A stretch of DNA of 64,000 bases, from NCBI RefSeq assembly GCF_009914755.1, contig NC_060931.1, one strand, 5' to 3'. The position numbers were made by a program, and so were the translations under genes. Under the pieces are notes generated by a model, which worked only from the letters and a program-made list of their open reading frames with translations, was not told the origin of the DNA and ran no database searches. Below are positions 52,311 through 64,000 of the stretch, in pieces (the stretch's first letter is position 1; the number at the start of each line of letters is the position of its first letter). This stretch comes from the human T2T-CHM13v2.0 reference genome, Homo sapiens.

Positions 52311-52803
52311 TGTTACCCAATACACATTCACCAGTTCTACCTACTAACAGAACCCCACATTTTTTAAGGTAGCAATGAGCCTAGACAAATTACTAATTTT
52401 GCCGGCCTGCCTTGTAGCTAGGGGTGACTATGACAACTCAGACCAAAAAGTCATATGCAGGAGGCTGCTAAGGATTACCAGGAAGTTTTGCTTTCCCAAT
52501 GGTAACACAGCCCCTTTCTGCTTGACACCTGATTTTCTTTTTCTTACCTTGAACAACAGGTTGGAAGTGGATCAGTCATCTTGTAACATGAGGCAACCAT
52601 AAGAATGAAAGCCACGTACTAAGGAAGACAAAAGGGAAAAACAGACGACACTAGAGCTTTGAGGGCATCCTGGAGCCACTGCATCAGTTCCAGACTGTCT
52701 AGCTGTACACTTTGTTACGTGAGAAAAGCAGACTCCTATATGGTTAAGTCAGTGTAGACCAGTTTCTTTTACTTGAAATCAAATACAATCCCTAGCTGAT
52801 ACA
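52311..52803 (+). mobile_element. MLT1J-like MaLR LTR
   Basis: ctaacagaacccc...cctgccttgtagctaggggtgactatga...catcttgtaacatgaggcaacc...ctagctgataca. Confidence 0.75.
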
Positions 52804-53504
52804 GGGTTGTAGTGGGATGGGAGGAGGAGTTATTATTGTTAAGGAAGTGATCAAAGTAGGGATGACATATACAGAAACAAAAATAGAAACCATTTCAAGT
52901 CCCTTTTTACAATATAGACACAGTTACTACACAAACACATGGGATAATCAAACTATACAATGAATGTGTTACCTTATTTAGGATAAGGCTTTAGAATTAT
53001 AAACGTTATCTCTTGGAAGCTTTGTAGCTTTAAACTATTGAAAACTGGTATATTTAAAGACACAGTTGTCACATCATAACATTGTCCTTAAAAACAAACT
53101 TTCTCCATTGCTGTATATGACTCAAGACCATCTGAGAAGGTAATGGGAGTGTTGTTCTGAGAGCTCAGCCAGGTGCTATAGCAAATGGTTAGACATTTAA
53201 ATAGCATTATTTATCATAAGTAACATGAAAGAATTATCTTACAGTCTGATTCCAAAATGTATGTCAATTTGGCAGTAAACCAGTGCCTTTTTAATTATAA
53301 AGCATAAATAGATTTCTAACATTTTTCTTTTCCTAATTATACACACTGATTTGTCATGACACTGCCATTTTGCAGGATATGTAAAAATCAGCTCTGGCCA
53401 GCTTGAACAAGTATTACAAACACCAAGAATCATTACACGGGCACACTCTATAACATTGTCCATTGCCGCACAAATTTCACTGTAAGGTGTGTCCAATCTG
53501 ATAC

Positions 53505-53705
53505 AGCTTTGAAGTCAAAAACCTTAAGATTTGAATCTTATCTCTATTGAATGCTAATTATGTTACCCAAAGCAAGTCACCCAATCTGTCTGAGCTTTGG
53601 TTTCCTGAATACCTATATTTTGTGAGTATTAAATGAGATCCTTTATAAACAAACACAATGAGCACAAAGGCCTATCTACACCACTGCAAGCTCTCTGCAA
53701 ACATT
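53505..53705 (+). mobile_element. MIR SINE, degenerate
   Basis: gctttgaagtcaaaa...tttgaatc...gcaagtcacccaatctgtctgagctttggtttcc. Confidence 0.65.
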
Positions 53706-56596
53706 ATCTCCTTTCTCTTTTGCCCTTTCTCTACACTGAACTACATTTGAGGAATTTTCATTAAAAGAAACAGAAGTAAAAGCTAGTAAAATTCATTCCT
53801 ACAGAACAGATCCCAACCTAATTAAGTGTAACACGAAAAGTGAGTTTCTACTTAAATTCTGAGGCAAAGATTATAAATACACAGAAGCCCAAATGTGGCA
53901 ATTGTGCCTATTATCAGAATAGCATGCAGACCATAAAAAGAATATTTTAAGGACTGTTTCCATTTTCAAAAGGCTAGTAAGTTAGTATTATGTAATCACA
54001 AAGCTATGCTAGAAAAGAACTTTCAGCAGTCACTCTCATTTTCCCAAAAATACAGTGTGGGTCATATGCCTGGGCACAGCCCTGAGCAGAGAGAGGTTGC
54101 ACTTGGGGGTAGTGCTCCCTGATGAATTCACCCTGCTCTCATCTTTCTGTGATCTCTCACATTCACAGCTGTCCATCTCCCTCACCTTGAACCAGCACAG
54201 AAATAAAGAAAACAAACATCTCCCCTAGGAGAGCAGCCAGAAGCCCCTTACCAAGCATCACCTCCCTGATGAGTTGTCTTTCTGACTATTTCACTTCTTT
54301 TAGGGCAGTCTGGCAGGCAAGGGACAGTAAGAACAAAATGTTTATAACTCTAGTGATAAAACAGTAGCCACAATCATGGATACTTAGAATTCATATTTTC
54401 CTGCAGGAACTAGGTGTGAATGGTATCATCATCTTGGCCAAGCTCAAAAATGCCCATTCATTTAATACAAATGTGTTACCTCACTGGTTCCCTCCTAAGA
54501 AGGTGAGGGGAAGAACCATCATCACCTAGCCTTGTAATTATTCAGATTACATTTCGTTTTATGTGACAGTGGTCAAATTTGTATTATTCTTCTGTTGCCC
54601 TAATTATCATCATAAATCAGGAAACAAGAATCTCAATGTCCAATTACCATTCAGAATAGATAGAGATAGGAAATTAAAGCTCCTTTTAAGTGGGAGAAAG
54701 GGCAATTCCACAGAGCTTCCCTTAGCTAAGGGAATGGATACTGTGCTGAATAGTACATTATTGAAGAAGAGATAAGCGATTGTGTGATGTGCAATTGCCA
54801 ACACTTTCTATTCTTTCAACTTTAGTTTTAAATGCTTACAAGGAATAACATCTTCACATTTTTCAAAAGGCTGCTACAGGAGAAAGCCACTTATGCTCAC
54901 TTATATTCACAAGTATTGCAAATACAGCAAATTATTACTTAAAGAAGAAAGAGGAAGAGACACAGAGACCAAAAGAAACAGAAAGACTCTGAAGTCTTGG
55001 CTTCCACACTGTATAGGACTTTGGCCAGGAATGTTTTCCACTGAAACCCTGCCCTCACTACTATCCTACACCTCCCCAGCTGCTTCCTTTAAGGAACTGA
55101 AGCCAGAAAGGTACTGCAGAGGGAAATTTTTTTTAAAGAAATCAACTTCTCAGAAATATAATAAGCCCAAGCCTAAACTGTTGTTTTCTCTCCTTGGTAA
55201 TTTTTATTTTTCTAATGATAAAAGTGGCTACTAAGTGATGATACTAATTTCCAGCAATTTAACTATATGTTACTTCTCAATGTACTCATTACAGCTATGT
55301 CACTGTAGGTGGTATAAAAAGGTGAGTCAATCCAGTTGTTTGGACAGTTCAATCAATGACTCAAAGTGGTAGATCTTGTAACTCTGTTTAATTACACCTA
55401 AATTAAATATCCCTAGTAGACTTTATTCAGAAAAAGACAATACACATCTGTGATGTCACTAGAAAAATCTACTTGCCATGCTCTTAAAACAGGGACCTCA
55501 GCTATTGACATAAAAACATTTTTAGAAAAAAGATTTAGCCACACAACTAGTAATAGTTATTAAGTTTGTTAGACTGAATCCAACCATTTTTAAGGTGGTA
55601 AATACAAGATTAGATTCAGATTAGAAAGGATACTAGAAAATACAATGAAAAGATATGTGCAATTTTTATGTCTCTGACTTTAGAGGATTTTTTAACAATT
55701 TTGTGTCCTTCCATTTCAGTTTCATAATTGAGTTGAATGCCGATGAAACAATATGTCATCCAAACCTAAGTCCTATGTTGTAGGTGATTAATAATTGATG
55801 ACAATATTAAAACTGCTCTTATCAGTTCTAACTTTTCTGGCTAGGAAGTAGCTGGCTCACAGCCCAAACATCATAGTAAGCCATAGTTAAAACTGCCTTT
55901 GGATCTTATTAGAATAACACCACTTATTTTCTTCCTTTGAACTGATAATGTTTCTTTTTTTTTTTTTCCAATACAAATTTTATTATGGCAGCACAGGTCA
56001 CTGTGTGGTAACTGTCTGAACTCTAAGCAATCTTGGAAGCAGTGGTTCTTAAGTATAGTTCCAATGTGGTCTGTAAGGATCTTCTAGATGTTTGAAGGAT
56101 TTGTCCAAAATTTAATTCATTTAAAAATGGAGATGTATTTAAATATATAAATCAGTTTCCATTGCAAATGTCAACTTATAAAAGACAAAATATTATTTTT
56201 TTAAATTTAATGACTATAATAATTCTTTACCCTACCCAAAGCACCACAGACCACTCATGCACCCAACCCTGACAGGGGAAGAGAGATGGAGAGGCATGGG
56301 GGTGGAGGGAGGAATGGGGTGGGGAATGAAGGGAGAATAAGGGATTTCGTTTCAGGCCAAAAGGTATGTAAGAATAGGTTGGGTCCACAGTTTCCAAGAT
56401 CATGACTTCTAGGAAGAAGCATATGAATCAGGAAAGAAAGACATCAGAGACAGAAAGAGAATACTTTTTACTAATCAAAAAAATCTCATTAATTGTAATG
56501 CAAGAGTATTATACTTGTAATGCAAGAGTATTATACTTTTCTGTACATTTTGTTTCACCAATCACCTAAATTTTACAGCTTTTTACAATAACTAGA

Positions 56597-56750
56597 AGGC
56601 AGTGTAGCATAGTGACTTCAGTCCAAAACCCAGTTCTCCCACTTAATTTCTCTAAGCTTCAGTTTCCCCATCTATAAAATGAGAGCAAGATCTATATTAT
56701 GAGAACATGTTTTTAAATACCTAGCAAGATGCTCAATTGACGGTAGTAAC
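56597..56750 (+). mobile_element. MIR SINE, deleted
   Basis: ggcagtgtagcatagtg...ctctaagcttcagtttccccatctataaaatg. Confidence 0.7.
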
Positions 56751-56978
56751 ATAATAAATTAGAGTAGGTGACTTTCTAGAAACCCAGCTATGCCCCCTCG
56801 CCTTAGTCTTGTGTGGTCTAGCATTGGTGTGAAGTAACTGCACACTTCCACTTACAGGGTGATTTTTCTAATACCCTGAAAGGATACTTTTATGTTTTCG
56901 GTAGTACTTTGGTTTTCCCAACTGTTTTCTTCATAACGGGTTTTCTCGGCTTTTATCACAGGTGTTTTTTCTTTATTT

Positions 56979-57205
56979 AGAAGAAAATTTAAACAATTAT
57001 AAAACGTTGTTTATTCATCCATTATTTATAGTTTATTATTATGGCAAATCTATTTTTAAGGCTTTGTTATGAATTAGTGCCAACAACCCTCAGAACAAAA
57101 TTTAAACAATTATAAAATGTTCTTTATTCATCCATTATTTATAGTTTCTTATTATGGCAAAACCTATTTTTAAGTCTTTGTTATCAATTAGTGCCAACAA
57201 CCCTC
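56979..57205. repeat. Tandem duplication, 2 x ~113 bp
   Basis: Copies at 56979-57091 and 57092-57205 with about 8 differences. Confidence 0.95.
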
Positions 57206-58269
57206 ATGTTATTCATAGAACCACACAGTATGCAAAAGGGACAGACACTGAAAATACTTTCCAACTGTACATAAAAGAGGTTAATTTTCAAACCCGGACA
57301 GTGGTATTTAAGGAGAAAATTTGTCTCCAAATACTCACAACAGCTAGTCATATTCTAAAACCTAAAACCATGATTATTTCTCCTTTAAGTTTTAAACTAT
57401 TAATTTTACATTTCAAAGGGATGTTAGCTTAGAGCCAAAAGGTTTTGATCATTTCATCAACTAAAAACTGTAAAACTGAATTCATGGAAACAAACCCCCC
57501 AAAAATCTCCTTGGCTGACAAAAATTTCCAATTTCAAATCCACAGTCATCCTTCATTCAGTGTTTGCACAGCTCCATGGAATCTTGTTTGCTCATTAAAG
57601 TGAGGCCCTCCATAAATAGAAAAACTACATTGGAACCCACTATGTAACACAAAATTTCTAAATATTAAAAGCCATACCATCTGAAGGGCATTTTAGAAAA
57701 TGATCAGTAATTTTTCTGAGATGTATTCCTGACACTGCCTGTAACTTCAAAATATCTCTGCATGTAGGGAGGACTATTTCACGTGTTCCTTTTGATATTA
57801 AAGTCTTTTCTCCAAGGCTAGGCCTGTAAATAAAGTAATAAAGTAGCTTTTTTAAAAGAGGGAATTTAGTCAAATATGGAATTGGTTTTACATCACTGCA
57901 CTGCTACTCATTTGCTTGACGAAATTGATAGCTTGTCAAGTCTTGTATTTGGCTATTAACAGCTGCCACCTCTTCTACAGCATTGCTGGTGCATATTCTT
58001 ATAAGGATTAAATAAGGTAAGATTAATTAATATGCCTGGCCCAGGGCATGGCACTTAGTGAGCACTGAGGACATGACAGCTGTTAATATTTTAATAGCAA
58101 TTATTTCACAATTGCTATGAAGCTAAGGGAGACAGAAAGATTTGTCCAGCATTCACCATCAGGGGTTTCCACTGTTTTCTGGGGCCTATTCTGTATTCAT
58201 CATTAACAATGACAACAACAATTGAGATGTTAATACGATAGTCAGAAAATAGAGCTAGTTACTGTGGAA

Positions 58270-58720
58270 CTGGGTCTCCCTGTTTCCACACTCGTCCTGT
58301 CCTCTCCATTCTTCATATGTCACTCAAAAGCATCCTTCTAACACACAAGAGACGACATCTCTTTGCTGACTGAAACCCTCCAGAGACTTCACACTGAGAA
58401 TAAAATAAAATCCAAACTTTCCTGTGGCCCACAAGGTCTCCCAGAAATTGATCCCTGACCTCATCACATATCAGGTCTTCCCTCCTTCGAGTCACACTGG
58501 ACTTATATTCCTGGTTTTAGCACCTGCTGTTGCCTTTGCCTGCAGAGCTCACTCATGTTTTCACATGGCTGGGTCCTTCTTTTCATGCAGACATCAGCTC
58601 CAAAAGGCCACCTCCTCAGGGCAACCCCACCACACCCTACCTAGAAAAGCCTCATCCCTCCCACTCCACTGCCCTGCCCTTCATACGATCTCACCAATTC
58701 CATTTTATTTCCTTCACTTC
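58270..58720 (+). mobile_element. L2 LINE fragment
   Basis: ctgggtctccctgtttccac...aaaatccaaactttcc...gcacctgctgttgcctttgcc...ggccacctcctcagg. Confidence 0.7.
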
Positions 58721-59644
58721 CTCCTATGTTTTTGTTGTTGTTTTTATTTATGTAATAATTTTATGGAAAAATCTCTGCTTACGAGGACATAAACATAAGG
58801 CCATTTCCCCTAACAGTGCTATGTCAACTCCCCCTTCCTGAGAGGAATCAGCTCCTTTGTAGAAACTTGGCCAAATCCTATAGCTTCTCAGCCACTTGAG
58901 CCTAAGAGCAGTCCCACTTTGACATTTAAGACTTGGCCCTATTCATTTTAAAATATCCATCTCAAAATTTATTCAAATCTAGGCTCTTCCTGTTCCCAGA
59001 ACAAGGTAGACTACAGGGTCTTTTGATAGAGAGTGGAGTGAAATCCCCTCTTTTTACACACTTCTTTTCATAATCTCCTTAAACTTCTTACTCTTCTTTC
59101 CTCAGACACTAGACCCTTGGGGACCATCAATACCAGCCACCATACCCAGGAGAAAAGCTGCATGAAGGAAGAGACTCTTTATTTTCTATTTTGCTTGACT
59201 GCTATGAAACAACAATATTGTCCCCCATCCTTTTCCTTGCCAAAGTGCAGTGTTTTAGCTCCGCTATGTGCTAGTTTAGAGACTGGGAGCTGCCTCTCTT
59301 TTAGTCCCACAGTCCATTTGTTCATTTATTCACATGAACAAACATGTACTGGATGCTTTGTATGTGCCAGGCCCTGTGCTAGGTGCAGGAACAAACATTT
59401 CTTGGAGTTTCCTGTATCTTCAATATTTACATTTATTTTTTTTCAAGTTGTGTACCACTCACTGGAAGTCAATATCCTGTCCAGAGACAGTCCACAAGGG
59501 AGCTGGCGAAAAGCAGACTCTATTTTCTCTATTAGCTGTATCATTGTCATTCTGAAAAATAGAGGAGCTAGGCTTGCTCCCAGTAGAAGCAACTAGAGCT
59601 ACTTTAATTTAACAATTAGAATCATATCATTTCTAGGTGATTTA

Positions 59645-63582
<3,938 letters not shown>

Positions 63583-63619
63583 GCTGAGAGATGGGGAGCC
63601 TCCTTGTTAGATAAAGTTC

Positions 63620-63755
63620 CATTTTTAATAGACTTTATTTTTTAGAGTTTTAGTTTTACAGCACAATTGATCAAAAAGTACAGAGTTCTTATATGTCCTC
63701 TGTCCCCCAACCTCACCATACAACAAACACACAACCTACCCCATTATCAACACTC
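63620..63755 (-). mobile_element. Old L1MC/MB 3'-end fragment
   Basis: agactttattttttagag...ttacagcacaattgatcaaaaagtacagagttc...ccccattatcaaca. Confidence 0.65.
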
Positions 63756-64000
63756 AAAAGATTCTTTTTATGTGCCTGGCGAATAAAAGGTGTTCAAGGT
63801 TTTATGCTGAGTCAGTATAGTCTTGACCAAGAAATCTGCCCAGGTGAGGAGTGGGGTTTTCTGAAGGCAGCACCCTCTCTGCTACCCTTCCAGGGGGTGG
63901 CGATGATTCTTTTGCCTTTCCTCAAGTTGAGTGCTTCAAACTCCTACTCCTACACATTGGTCCAGCTCCTGCACCTTGGCCACTCCCCAGATGCCTACAA

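Noticed and set aside
58424-59596. ORFs of 103-159 aa
   Set aside because: They overlap L2 relics, use non-ATG starts and show no recognisable homology.

Overview
Primate (probably human or ape) nuclear DNA: AT-rich, CpG-depleted and repeat-rich, either intronic or intergenic. I find no intact protein-coding gene, RNA gene or CpG island. The ORF track is explained by Alu, L1, Tigger1 and HERV-L relics, a processed ATP5MC2 (ATP synthase subunit c) pseudogene, a purine microsatellite and chance. Main elements are a near-full-length Tigger1 (2.7-5.0 kb), a multi-level nest of transposons (7.4-8.8 kb), a full-length ~7.1 kb L1MA inside two older L1s (26-36 kb), a 363-nt pure-purine GAA/GGA/GA tract (48.7-49.1 kb) and a 5'-truncated L1PA (59.6-63.6 kb). 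The most unusual structure is at 15.7-18.5 kb. It is a ~2.8 kb fold-back palindrome made of two copies of the same HERV-L 3' end (integrase tail/dUTPase-PPT-MLT2A LTR), with both LTRs pointing outward, a microhomology turn-around and reciprocal deletions near the centre. It is joined directly to the 3' end of the ATP5MC2 retrocopy, so one LTR points antisense into the pseudogene. Repeat subfamily names come from recalled consensus sequences, not a database search, and coordinates of old repeats are approximate.
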